This document shows, piece after piece, positions 48,948 to 58,516 of a DNA stretch of 60,441 nucleotides. Numbering within the stretch: the first letter of the stretch is position 1; the number at the start of each line of letters is the position of its first letter. The notes under the pieces were generated by a model, which was given only the letters and a program-made list of their open reading frames with translations, was not told the origin of the DNA and ran no database searches. This DNA comes from Deinococcales bacterium (GTDB lineage: Bacteria > Deinococcota > Deinococci > Deinococcales > JAAFIG01): positions 1 to 60,441 of the forward strand of contig JANNVX010000072.1 in NCBI GenBank assembly GCA_031414595.1. Direction: 5' to 3'. Both the position numbers and the translations under genes were made by a program.

Positions 48948-49976
48948 ATGAAACCCGATCTTCCCTCCAACCAAAAAGCCCGTGATTGGCTGACGCAAAT
49001 AGATCAAAGCTCCTCTTGGTTGCCTTTGGGCGCTTTTTTACTGGCGTTGTTGTTTACGCCGCTCGGGACACTGTGGTGGCTGTGGCTTTTGGTGATTGGT
49101 GGCTTGTTCTTGGCACAGCGCTTACAATCGAGTACCGCCGTGCTTTGGGCGGTGGTGGCTTTGGCAGGTGGGATTTTAACGGCTGGAGCGTGGAATCCGC
49201 GTACCCTTAGTCCAGCTTTGCGGAATGAACCGAACGATTTGCAAACTTTGGATTGGTCTGGGGTGCAACGTCTCGAGATTCGGGGTTTTAATGGCAATTT
49301 GCGCTTAAATGTCCGTGAAACTGGTGGGGATTTGCGTTTGGAGCGCAAAGGCGGGGCAAGTGTGGCACTCGAAAAACGCGGCGATACTTTGCGTTTGGTA
49401 GCACGGAAACCCTTTTTTAGTTTCTCGAGTGGGGTGAACATGATTTTGGATATTCCACCGAATTTATTTTTGAATCTTCAAACCAGTAATGGTGGTGTGC
49501 GAATCGAGGGTCTAGCCCGTGAAATTCTAGCCAAAACCAGCAATGGGCGAATCGAAGTACGTGACACAGGTAAAACCAAAGCGAACCTCGAGACCAGCAA
49601 TGGCGAGATTATTTTGGAACGTGTATCTGGAGAAGTAAAAGCCAAGACCAGCAATGCTAAAATTCGGGTTTTGCAAAGCTCAGAGGTGCGGCTTAAATTA
49701 CAAACCAGCAATGCCGATGTGCAACTTGAAAATGTGGGTTTACAAAACAACACCAATTCAAGTATCGAGAGTAGCAATGGAGCGGTTCAACTCGAGCATA
49801 TTCGCGCCAGTAGTGGTTTAACAATTCGTGGCAGTACCAATAATTCACGGGTTGAGGTGGATTTACCTGAGTTTGAGGTGAGATTAGAGGATCAGCGTTT
49901 TGAAGCCCTTAAATCTGGGTTTGGGATGGCGGTTCTCGAGGTGCGTACCAGTAATGAACGTATTGTGGTGCGTTAG
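48948..49976 (+). CDS. DUF4097 beta-strand repeat membrane protein
   Basis: N-terminal TMs, repeated TSNG motifs. Confidence 0.85.
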   Translation: MKPDLPSNQKARDWLTQIDQSSSWLPLGAFLLALLFTPLGTLWWLWLLVIGGLFLAQRLQSSTAVLWAVVALAGGILTAGAWNPRTLSPALRNEPNDLQTLDWSGVQRLEIRGFNGNLRLNVRETGGDLRLERKGGASVALEKRGDTLRLVARKPFFSFSSGVNMILDIPPNLFLNLQTSNGGVRIEGLAREILAKTSNGRIEVRDTGKTKANLETSNGEIILERVSGEVKAKTSNAKIRVLQSSEVRLKLQTSNADVQLENVGLQNNTNSSIESSNGAVQLEHIRASSGLTIRGSTNNSRVEVDLPEFEVRLEDQRFEALKSGFGMAVLEVRTSNERIVVR

Positions 49977-50018
49977 CAGCCGTATTGTGGCGGGTTAATT
50001 TTTGCTATTCTATCGGCA

Positions 50019-50828
50019 ATGGCAATTTCGGGTACAGTTCTGCTTGACAAGTACCGCATTGTGCGCCCGATAGCCCGTGGCACATCGAGCGTTGTCTATT
50101 TGGCATTCGATATGTTTGGTGCGCCTTTTGCGGTGAAATTATTCCCGCCAGAACTGGCTTCTCGAGCCGACCGCGAGTATCTGGTGGGCAGTCGTTTGCG
50201 CCATAAAAACGCCAATCCAGTCCTGGCGCGGATTGTGGTCGAAGGGCAGCCAGGGGTTTTAATGCCATTTGCTCCGGGGGTGCGTTTCTCGGAGTATGTT
50301 TCGCAACATGGGCTGGTGCAGTTCTTGGCGGTTTTTTCTCAGGCACTCGAGGGGTTGTCGCACATGCACGAACAGGGGATGGTGCATCGGGATTTTAAGC
50401 CAGAAAATCTGGTGGTCTCGCCGGGTGAAACTCCCAGTGGACTCGAGGTCAAGCTGATTGATTATGATTTATCTGGTCCAACCTTAGAGTTTTTTAGAGA
50501 CCGAATCACGCCGGGGACAGTCGCCTATATTTCACCTGAAGCGATTCAGGGTTTGCCGTTATCGCCTGCGGCGGATTTATACAGTGCTGGGGTGATGTTG
50601 TACTGGGGGATTACGGGGCAGCATCCGTTCGATGGCGACCCGCAAGAAGTGCTGCAAGCGCATTTGTATCATGTGCCGCCAGAACCCTCGAGTGTGCGTG
50701 ATGGCAGAATTTCTCATGTGTTGGACCGAGTAGCCATGCGTTTATTACAAAAAGATGCTGCTGCGCGGTATCCAGATGCAATTTCGGTGCTGACTGAACT
50801 GAGTAAATTGACCACCATTGAGTATTGA
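50019..50828 (+). CDS. Ser/Thr protein kinase
   Basis: AVK, HRDFKPEN, DYDL, GTVAYISPE, DLYSAG. Confidence 0.95.
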   Translation: MAISGTVLLDKYRIVRPIARGTSSVVYLAFDMFGAPFAVKLFPPELASRADREYLVGSRLRHKNANPVLARIVVEGQPGVLMPFAPGVRFSEYVSQHGLVQFLAVFSQALEGLSHMHEQGMVHRDFKPENLVVSPGETPSGLEVKLIDYDLSGPTLEFFRDRITPGTVAYISPEAIQGLPLSPAADLYSAGVMLYWGITGQHPFDGDPQEVLQAHLYHVPPEPSSVRDGRISHVLDRVAMRLLQKDAAARYPDAISVLTELSKLTTIEY

Positions 50829-50928
50829 ATTGTGGTCGTGTTTTCAATCAAATTGCGTCCTAGACCCACTATCAATCGTAAGCAAGGGCGGTGTATTGTC
50901 TAGTCAAGCTGACCTAGGATAAATAAGG

Positions 50929-51825
50929 ATGCCGACAATGCTAAACTTCAAAGAAAAAACAATACCCAAAGAAGCCATAGCCTATTGTCGTGGTATCACC
51001 TCGCACCACAGTAAAACTTTTTACTTTGGCAGTTGTTTTTTTCCTTTTAAGCAACGTCAAGCGGTCTGGACGGTTTATGCGGCTTGCCGAATTGGTGATG
51101 ACACCGTAGACGAATTGGTCGGACAAGAAGCCCGGGATGCCTTGGAGACTTGGCGGACTCGAGTCGAAAATGCCTTAGCAGGTAAGCCAGACCATCACCC
51201 AATGGCACAAGGTTTAGCTTGGGCAGCCGGTCAGTATCCAATCGAATATGCCCCTTTTCACGAATTGTACCTTGGACTGAAAATGGATTTAGAGCAGCAC
51301 CAATATCAAACCCTTGACCAACTGATGCTCTACTGTCGCCGTGTGGCTGGTGTGGTGGGTTGGATGATCACCCCAATTGCTGGTTTTGATGGCGGAGCAG
51401 CCACTTTAGAACGTGCCTTAAAACTCGGTATGGCAATGCAAATCACCAATATTTTACGTGATGTTGGCGAGGACTTAGAACGTAACCGAATTTACTTACC
51501 GATAGACCTGATGGCAAAACATGGTGTGACCGCTTTTGACCTCGAGCAACGCCGCGTTACCCCCAATTACATCGCCTTAATGCGCGAACTCGACTGTATT
51601 GCCCGTCAACTCTACCGCGAAGGCTGGTGTGGCTTACCGCACCTGCATGGCGCAGCCCGAATTGCGGTGGCAGTTGCCGCCAAGTCTTATGAGGCGATTC
51701 TTGGGGCGCTCGAGTTAAATGGTTTTGATAATTTTCATAAACGCGCCTCGATTTCTGGGCAGAAAAAACTCGCCATGATTCCCACGGCGTACCTCGAGTT
51801 ACAACGCACACGGCATCTGCATTAA
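50929..51825 (+). CDS. crtB: phytoene synthase
   Basis: HSKTFY, DDTVDE, YCRRVAGVVG, QITNILRDVGED, RIYLP. Confidence 0.93.
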   Translation: MPTMLNFKEKTIPKEAIAYCRGITSHHSKTFYFGSCFFPFKQRQAVWTVYAACRIGDDTVDELVGQEARDALETWRTRVENALAGKPDHHPMAQGLAWAAGQYPIEYAPFHELYLGLKMDLEQHQYQTLDQLMLYCRRVAGVVGWMITPIAGFDGGAATLERALKLGMAMQITNILRDVGEDLERNRIYLPIDLMAKHGVTAFDLEQRRVTPNYIALMRELDCIARQLYREGWCGLPHLHGAARIAVAVAAKSYEAILGALELNGFDNFHKRASISGQKKLAMIPTAYLELQRTRHLH

Positions 51826-51962
51826 GTACCTCACGCTTTCATTTTAGGATTTCCAGAAAAACGTCAATTCTGTCATTTCAGCGTGAGATACGCCGTCCTT
51901 ACTCCTGTTAGTCGCAAAATGTTTTAGGAAAAACACCTAAAACATTTCGGGGATGTACCTAG
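51822..51962 (+). mobile_element. ~140-bp MITE-like element, copy 2
   Basis: Reverse complement of 9827-9967 with a few differences; starts at the crtB TAA; ends TTAA and CTAG. Confidence 0.8.
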
Positions 51963-51978
51963 CTCATCCTTTGGTGGG

Positions 51979-52824
51979 ATGACAAAGTTGCTTTTGAACC
52001 GCCAGAATAAAGCCATGCGAATTGGAATGGTTTTGGTTATTACTGGTGTTTTGCTGTTTGTGGCAACACTGCCAGAATCGGTTTGGTTATCTCGAGGGCA
52101 AGGTACTGAAAGCCGTACAAGTACGGTGATAGATAATGTCTTGGTCTCGGGAACAAAAAGCAGCAGCTCGAGTTACGAATTGGTGGACATCAATACCCTT
52201 GTCCTCGAAACCTTTTCGGGCGACATTGAAGTTGAAATTAGCCACACCATGAGTTCTTTGGGCGAATTTGAAATAAAAGAAAAAGCCGATGATAAACGTG
52301 GAGTGTCGCAAAAAACGCCCGTTCTCGAGCGAAAAGGTAATGTGCTGAGTCTTAAAGCCATAAAACCCAACGCTTGCCTCAATTGCAGCATCAGTTACCG
52401 AATCAAACTTGGTAAAGCCATGCGTTTAGAGCTTCGAGCCGACAACGGCGATATTACTGTGGTTGGTTTAAGCAATAGTATTAAGGCAAAAAATACCAAT
52501 GGTGATATTGTAATTTCTCAGACTGGCAAAACGGTACTTGACTTAGAAAGTAACAATGGCGACATCACCCTCGAGAATTTGGCATTGGTGGCGAGCAGTC
52601 AAAATACAATTCGCAACGAAAACGGCGGTATTGTTTTGAAGCAACTCAAGAACACCACTGGTTTACACCTGTATGGAACAACCAAAAATGGCAATTTTGT
52701 TTCAGACCGCGAGGACTTACAAATGAGTACACCCGACAACGATCAATTCCAAGCCAATTTGAACGGTGATAATCCTGCTCGAGTCGAGTTATTCAGCAAC
52801 AATGGCGATATTACCCTCGAGTGA
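51979..52824 (+). CDS. DUF4097 beta-strand repeat protein
   Basis: N-terminal TM, repeated NGDI motifs. Confidence 0.85.
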   Translation: MTKLLLNRQNKAMRIGMVLVITGVLLFVATLPESVWLSRGQGTESRTSTVIDNVLVSGTKSSSSSYELVDINTLVLETFSGDIEVEISHTMSSLGEFEIKEKADDKRGVSQKTPVLERKGNVLSLKAIKPNACLNCSISYRIKLGKAMRLELRADNGDITVVGLSNSIKAKNTNGDIVISQTGKTVLDLESNNGDITLENLALVASSQNTIRNENGGIVLKQLKNTTGLHLYGTTKNGNFVSDREDLQMSTPDNDQFQANLNGDNPARVELFSNNGDITLE

Positions 52825-52859
52825 TGAAATCTTAGGTATTGGTCAGTATCCAGACTCGA

Positions 52860-52891
52860 GTCACGCTGTTGTCACGCTGGGCTGGCATACT
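52860..52891 (+). promoter_or_regulatory. promoter with tandem GTCACGCTG repeat (11-bp period) and -10 CATACT
   Basis: Repeats at 52860-52868 and 52871-52879; CATACT at 52886-52891, 6 nt before ATG. Confidence 0.65.
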
Positions 52892-52897
52892 AGACCC

Positions 52898-53449
52898 ATG
52901 AAGAAAATAATGCTGGTTGGTTTATTACTTGTCTCGAGTCTGGTTATGGCACAAACCAAACGCGGTTTACTTGACCATTGGCAAAAAATGCCTAAAAGTA
53001 TTTATGATACGTCTAACCGCAAAGTTATTGTTCAGGACATCAAAAACGATTACCTCGAGTTTAACGGCGGCAAAGATGGTTTTTGGGAAGGGACTGGCGA
53101 ATTTGCAGTTTGGCGCAAGAAAAACGGTACGGATTTAATCGGGATTACCGCCACAGGTTGTGGACCAGCATGTACGACCACTGATTTAATTTTTGCAATT
53201 TGGAACGGTAAAACCTACACCAAGCAAAACAACACCATACCCAAATTCTCGAGTTCACAACTCGGTGCGATGCTGGGCGTGTATAACAAAAAACGTAGTG
53301 AAGAAAAAATTACATTAGCCGAACAAGGTTGGTACTTCAAATTCCCACAAACAGGCACAACCATCGAAGTTCTCGAGCCAACTGGCGAATTTGCGCTGGG
53401 GTACTATAAATTCAATGGCACTGGTTTTACTTTTGAGGTCGCAAAATGA
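52898..53449 (+). CDS. secreted hypothetical protein
   Basis: Signal peptide MKKIMLVGLLLVSSLVMA; CGPAC motif. Confidence 0.8.
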   Translation: MKKIMLVGLLLVSSLVMAQTKRGLLDHWQKMPKSIYDTSNRKVIVQDIKNDYLEFNGGKDGFWEGTGEFAVWRKKNGTDLIGITATGCGPACTTTDLIFAIWNGKTYTKQNNTIPKFSSSQLGAMLGVYNKKRSEEKITLAEQGWYFKFPQTGTTIEVLEPTGEFALGYYKFNGTGFTFEVAK

Positions 53450-54294
53450 AAAAAATACTCATCGGAATACTTTTTGGCTCGAGCCTGATTGCCCTTGCAC
53501 AGGGCGCTCCTAAAGCCGTGTTGCTGCGGCTTGACCTAGAAGAAACCAGCATTGTCGGGGCGCTCGAGGGGAATAAATGGGCAAAAGGCGAAGACCTAAG
53601 CGCGAGTAGCCAAGCCTATATTAAAAACGGCTTAAAAACTGTTTTACTCAGTAACACTGGCACAATCGGTAAAGCCATGGCGGGCGGCAAAATCGAAACG
53701 GGGAGTATCTGCGATTGGGTGCGAACAACTGGCATCAGCACCCCAGTCAAATTACCGTACTTACCAACCTATGCCATAGAAGCAGCCTGGAATCCCGTAC
53801 CTCGAGCCATTACAACATTGTCAAACACCAACGCTACCTATCAAAAAGTTGTGGCAGATGAACTCAAACAGCGCCAAATCAGTAAGCCCGTTATTTTAAG
53901 CCAAGTCATTCAAACCGATTTGGATGGCGATAAATTAAACGAAATTCTACTGGTTGCTCAGAATCCACGCTTGGGTTTTGACGCTCAGAACCGCTTAAAT
54001 GGCAGTTACGGACAAGAAAAAGGCGAGTATTCGCTGGTGCAAGTGCGTAAAGTCGTGGCAGGCAAAGTTCAGACTTTTACCTTAAGCCAACGAATTGTCA
54101 CCAAGGTTTTTGATGGCACTTCTGGACAACCTCAAGTTTTAACCCAATTTATAAGCGCCATTGCCGACATTAACGGTGACGGCAAAATGGAAGTTTTTGT
54201 AGATGACCTTGTACACGAAGGCTACGGCGTAACGATTTACACTTGGAACGGCAAGGGCTTTAGTAAAATGCTCGAGTGGGGATGTGGCGTATGA
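53446..54294 (+). CDS. secreted hypothetical protein with DxDGD motifs
   Basis: Signal peptide ALA-Q; DLDGDK and DINGDGK; ATGA coupling. Confidence 0.85.
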   Translation: MKKILIGILFGSSLIALAQGAPKAVLLRLDLEETSIVGALEGNKWAKGEDLSASSQAYIKNGLKTVLLSNTGTIGKAMAGGKIETGSICDWVRTTGISTPVKLPYLPTYAIEAAWNPVPRAITTLSNTNATYQKVVADELKQRQISKPVILSQVIQTDLDGDKLNEILLVAQNPRLGFDAQNRLNGSYGQEKGEYSLVQVRKVVAGKVQTFTLSQRIVTKVFDGTSGQPQVLTQFISAIADINGDGKMEVFVDDLVHEGYGVTIYTWNGKGFSKMLEWGCGV

Positions 54295-54300
54295 CACATC

Positions 54301-55092
54301 CTAAGAACTGGCACTGGTGTATGAACGCAAAGCAAAACGCCAGAACCATCTCGAGGCTATAAAGAGTATTGCCGCTAAAGCTAAAGAAATCCAAACCGAG
54401 GTGGTCTCGAGTTTGCCCGTGAAGGCTTGAGCGGGAACAGTCGTAATAAAGGCGATTGGGATAACAAAAGTAAAAAATAAGCGCATCCAACCGGGGAAAA
54501 CCGTGACTGGGAACTGCCCTGCGCGGTAGAACCCCCAGAATAACTCGGTGATGTTTTCGACCCTGACAAACCAAAAAGCTGTTGTGGCAAGCATAAACCA
54601 AATGCTGTAAACCATAAAATAGGCACTCAGCAGTAATAGTAAGCCCAAAGACAGCCCAAGCAAATCTGGTCTAGGCTCGAGTTGCCAAATTGCCCAAATC
54701 ATAATCCCAAGCCCTAAAAAAATATCAGGTAGGCGCAACAAATTAAGATTGCGAAAACTGACCAAAAACTGGGCATCTATCGGTTTTAAGAGCGTAAAGT
54801 CCATTGTGCCAGTGCGAACACCTTCGGCGATGCGGTTCAGGTTGGGTGCAAGTGCCATGCTCATTAAGCCATCAAAGAGGGTAAAGATACCCAGTACCAC
54901 CGCCGCTTCTGGCAAAGACCAACCACCTAGGTTTTGGCTGTTGCCGACCAGAATGGTTAAACCAAGGTATGAACCAACCATTCGTAGCAAGGTTTCGATT
55001 AAATTGACCACAAAATTAGCACGGTACTCGAGTTGGGCGCTTAAACTTGCACCCATAAAAATGGCAATCAGTCTCGAGTAACGCCGTAGCAT
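54301..55092 (-). CDS. ABC-2 family permease (DUF990-like)
   Basis: LEYRANF, GTMDFTLLKPID, RSYTSASS terminus. Confidence 0.92.
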   Translation of the reverse strand: MLRRYSRLIAIFMGASLSAQLEYRANFVVNLIETLLRMVGSYLGLTILVGNSQNLGGWSLPEAAVVLGIFTLFDGLMSMALAPNLNRIAEGVRTGTMDFTLLKPIDAQFLVSFRNLNLLRLPDIFLGLGIMIWAIWQLEPRPDLLGLSLGLLLLLSAYFMVYSIWFMLATTAFWFVRVENITELFWGFYRAGQFPVTVFPGWMRLFFTFVIPIAFITTVPAQAFTGKLETTSVWISLALAAILFIASRWFWRFALRSYTSASS

Positions 55093-55094
55093 CC

Positions 55095-55757
55095 TTAGCG
55101 TGAACTGGCTTGACGCAAACGGCTACTGGGCAAAATAGCACTGGGGTTAAGAATGCTGCTGCCACTACGAATTTCAAAATGCAGATGCGGACCACTGCTG
55201 TTGCCTGTACTGCCCACTCTGGAAATCATTTGCCCTTGGCGAACCCGTTGCCCTTTAGCAACAAGTCGCCTCGAGTTATGGGCGTAATAGTAATCGCGCC
55301 CGTCTATACCGCGAATGGTAATCAGTTGCCCGTAACCAAAGACATTCCATCCCGAAAAAGTAACTGTGCCGGACAATGCCGCGTAAACTGGTGTGCCAGT
55401 CGGAGCAGCCAAATCCAATCCAGCATGACCATTTTTAGGACCTCGGTAGGAAAAACGCTGGGTGATTACCCCCATGAGCGGCCAGAGCGGACGTTCATAA
55501 GCACTTGAAACTCGAGTCACAGTGCTGGTACTGCTGCTGCTAGATATTCTCAGCACTTGTCCGATGCGGATTTGATCCGAAGACAAACCATTGGCAGTTC
55601 GCAATTGCGAAAGACTGACTCCATTTCGTTTGGCAATACTCGATAAGGTATCGCCGACACGCACAGTTACATTTTGGGCAGATGCAACCGCTAAAATACC
55701 AATGGCGGCTAAGCTAAGTACAATTTTTCCAAATCGGTTTTTGAGTAAATCTATCAT
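55095..55757 (-). CDS. LysM + M23 peptidase
   Basis: GDTLSSIAKR LysM, HAGLD, YAH, GPHLHFE; start set at ATG 55757. Confidence 0.92.
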   Translation of the reverse strand: MIDLLKNRFGKIVLSLAAIGILAVASAQNVTVRVGDTLSSIAKRNGVSLSQLRTANGLSSDQIRIGQVLRISSSSSTSTVTRVSSAYERPLWPLMGVITQRFSYRGPKNGHAGLDLAAPTGTPVYAALSGTVTFSGWNVFGYGQLITIRGIDGRDYYYAHNSRRLVAKGQRVRQGQMISRVGSTGNSSGPHLHFEIRSGSSILNPSAILPSSRLRQASSR

Positions 55758-55872
55758 CGCTTTGGGACAGTAGCACACCAGCCCAGCAGATGGAAGAGGG
55801 AATTTCACAGTCTCTTCAAATGGCACACCTATTACTCACCTATTGACATGACGACTGGCGGCATGATTCAAT

Positions 55873-55908
55873 TAAATCCGATTTATTTGGTCGGATTTAT
55901 CGGATTAA
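55873..55908. promoter_or_regulatory. palindromic operator upstream of the iron uptake operon
   Basis: TAAATCCGA-N9-TCGGATTTA (55873-55899) plus an extra TCGGATT half-site; TTGACA at 55843. Confidence 0.7.
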
Positions 55909-55972
55909 AAATAAATTCCTTTATCGCCCCTGTTCAGGTGCATCATTTGCACCCACCACAAAAGGTGAACCC

Positions 55973-56902
55973 ATGTATAAAAAGCTCAGAAAATTATCTC
56001 TTTCAGGTTTAATGTTGCTCTCGAGCTTGATGTTGGCACAAGCCCAAACGGGCAGCCTCAGCATCAAGCATGAAACTGGAACATACACTGCTACCCAAGC
56101 CGCCAAACGGGTGGTGGTTCTCGAGTACAGCTTTTTGGATAGCCTAATTGCTGTTGGCGTACCGCCTGTTGGCGCAGCCATTGGCACACAAGCTGGCGAC
56201 CGAGGCGCACCGCCCTATCTGCGCCCGCTTTTAACAGGCATCACCGAAGTCGGTTCTCGAGCCGCACCGAACTTGGAAGTGATGCTACGTCTAAAACCCG
56301 ATGTGATTGTGGCAGATGCTTTTGTTCATAAAACGCTGGAAGTCAACCTCAAAGCCATTGCCCCCGTAATCATGTTTAACTCGAGACGCGGCAGTTATGA
56401 CGACTTGCAAAGCCAAAGCCTCGAGTTGGCTAAATTGGTTGGCAAAGAAGACATCGCCAAACGCTTACTCGAAGAACAAGCGCGTTTAATTCAAAAAGCC
56501 AAAGCCTTTGCAAACCCCAAAGCCCCAAGTTTTGTGGCGGCTGTTGCCACCCCGACCAGCCTAACCCTGCACAGTACCGAGTCTTTTATTGGTAGTTTGC
56601 TCGAGAAACTTGGACGTAAAAATGCGGTTAAGCCCCAAGGTACAGCCACACAATATGAGGTTTCGCTCGAGGCATTGATTGCCCTAAATCCTGCTACCTT
56701 GGCATTATTTACAGGCAGCTTTGAAAAACCAATCACTGAAGAATGGGCAAAGAACCCGCTCTGGCAACGCCTAGAAGCCGTTAAGCGCAACCGCGTTTTT
56801 GTCTTTGACCGCGACCTCTGGACTCGTTCACGCAGACCGATTGCCCTAAAAAAAATCGTTGCCGAAGCCATTAACTCTGGCTTGTTAGCGGATAAAAAGT
56901 GA
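55973..56902 (+). CDS. Fe(III)-siderophore ABC transporter substrate-binding protein
   Basis: KRVVVLEYSFLDSL, VGSRAAPNLE, LKPDVI, NPLWQRLEAVK. Confidence 0.93.
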   Translation: MYKKLRKLSLSGLMLLSSLMLAQAQTGSLSIKHETGTYTATQAAKRVVVLEYSFLDSLIAVGVPPVGAAIGTQAGDRGAPPYLRPLLTGITEVGSRAAPNLEVMLRLKPDVIVADAFVHKTLEVNLKAIAPVIMFNSRRGSYDDLQSQSLELAKLVGKEDIAKRLLEEQARLIQKAKAFANPKAPSFVAAVATPTSLTLHSTESFIGSLLEKLGRKNAVKPQGTATQYEVSLEALIALNPATLALFTGSFEKPITEEWAKNPLWQRLEAVKRNRVFVFDRDLWTRSRRPIALKKIVAEAINSGLLADKK

Positions 56903-57477
56903 CCGCCCTAGAAACACTCGAGTTGAGTATTCAACAACGCCGAAGCTACAGTTTGGATTTACTCAAACCAGACCCTGTACCAAGGGAACTGATTGAACGT
57001 TGCTTGGATGCAGCCCGTTATGCACCAAATCATGGACGTACTAACCCATGTCGTTATGTGGTCATCCGTAGTGTCAGCGCCAAACAGTCTTTGGCTCGGG
57101 TTGCCCTCGAGATTCTGCCGCAAGTTCTCGAGCCAACCAAAAAAATTATCACATCGGTTCAGCAACTTATTCTCAATGCCCCTGTCTGGGTGGCAATTGG
57201 CATGACTCCGCGCCGCAGTAATCCCATGCCCGAGTGGGAAGAATTAGCCGCCGTCAGTATGGCAGCCCAAAACATCCACCTGATGGCACAAGCCCAAGGT
57301 TTAGGCGCTCTTTGGAAAAGTGGGGCATTGTGGACACATCCAGAATTGGCAGCTTATTTTGGTTGGAAAGCTCCAGATAAGCTGCTTGGTTTGTACTTTT
57401 TTGGCTTTCCAGAACACGACCCGAAACCCCGAGAACATACGCCACTCGAGCAAATGGTGACTTGGCAAGAAGCGTAA
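56899..57477 (+). CDS. nitroreductase family protein
   Basis: RRS, APNHGRTNP, AAQNIHLMAQAQGLG. Confidence 0.92.
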   Translation: MTALETLELSIQQRRSYSLDLLKPDPVPRELIERCLDAARYAPNHGRTNPCRYVVIRSVSAKQSLARVALEILPQVLEPTKKIITSVQQLILNAPVWVAIGMTPRRSNPMPEWEELAAVSMAAQNIHLMAQAQGLGALWKSGALWTHPELAAYFGWKAPDKLLGLYFFGFPEHDPKPREHTPLEQMVTWQEA

Positions 57478-57508
57478 ATGGCTTTGGTAGTATTGGACTG
57501 ATGCAACC

Positions 57509-58516
57509 ATGAAACTGAATCCATTTGTACCATCAACTCAAGCCTCGAGCCTGATACCATTGCTGCTGCTGATTGCCGTGGCTTGCAGTATCGTTTCGAT
57601 TGGGATTGGGGCAATTCGGATTCCGCCGCTCGAGGTCATTCAAGCCCTTTTTGATTCATCTGGCAGCATCAATGCTCGGATTGTCCAAGAATTGCGCTTA
57701 CCCAGAATTGTGGTGGCTTTAATTTGCGGCGCATTGTTTGCGGTTTCCGGCACAATGCTCCAAGGCGTGGTTCGTAACCCCTTAGCCAGCCCAGACCTTG
57801 TTGGGGTTGGGGCTGGTGCAGGGGTTTTTGCAGTCATCACCCTGATTTTGCTGCCAAGCGCCCCCAGTTGGTTACTGCCCGTTGGGGCGTTTGTTGGGGC
57901 ATGGCTTGGTTTTGCCTTGGTGCTGCTGCTTGCCCAAAAAGGCGGTGAGATTGCCCCAGTGCGGGTTGCCTTGATTGGCATTGCGGTTGGCGCAGCCCTA
58001 GGTGCAGTCCAACAACTGATTTTGGTTCGCGCCCCAGACGACATCGGACACGCTTTAATTTTTTTGGCTGGGACAGTCTACGGGGCAGATTGGTCTCGAG
58101 TCGAGCGTTTGCTGCCGTGGCTGGCATTGCTGCCCGTGGCATGGGTTTTAGCCTATAAACTGGACGTTCTGGCATTTTCAGATGATGTTGCCAGTGGGCT
58201 AGGAATGCGTTTAATGCTGGCTCGAGTCGTTTGTATGAGCGTAGCCGTTGCGTTAGCCGCCGCAGCCGTAACGGGCGTTGGGGTGCTGGGTTTTGTTGGT
58301 CTGATTGCGCCTCATGCGGCACGGCTTTTAATTGGAGCAAAACACACGTTTTTAATCCCTACCAGTGGGCTTCTTGGAGCAATTCTGGTGGTCTGTGCTG
58401 ATGCGCTTGGACGGGGGCTGATTCCACCCATCGAAGTTCCAGCCGGAATTCTGACCACTTTAATTGGTGCGCCTTACTTTTTAGCCTTAATGCGCCAACA
58501 AGGGAAAATAAAATGA
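57509..58516 (+). CDS. FecCD family iron ABC permease
   Basis: LRLPR, RNPLASP, FVGLIAPH, IGAPYF. Confidence 0.95.
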   Translation: MKLNPFVPSTQASSLIPLLLLIAVACSIVSIGIGAIRIPPLEVIQALFDSSGSINARIVQELRLPRIVVALICGALFAVSGTMLQGVVRNPLASPDLVGVGAGAGVFAVITLILLPSAPSWLLPVGAFVGAWLGFALVLLLAQKGGEIAPVRVALIGIAVGAALGAVQQLILVRAPDDIGHALIFLAGTVYGADWSRVERLLPWLALLPVAWVLAYKLDVLAFSDDVASGLGMRLMLARVVCMSVAVALAAAAVTGVGVLGFVGLIAPHAARLLIGAKHTFLIPTSGLLGAILVVCADALGRGLIPPIEVPAGILTTLIGAPYFLALMRQQGKIK

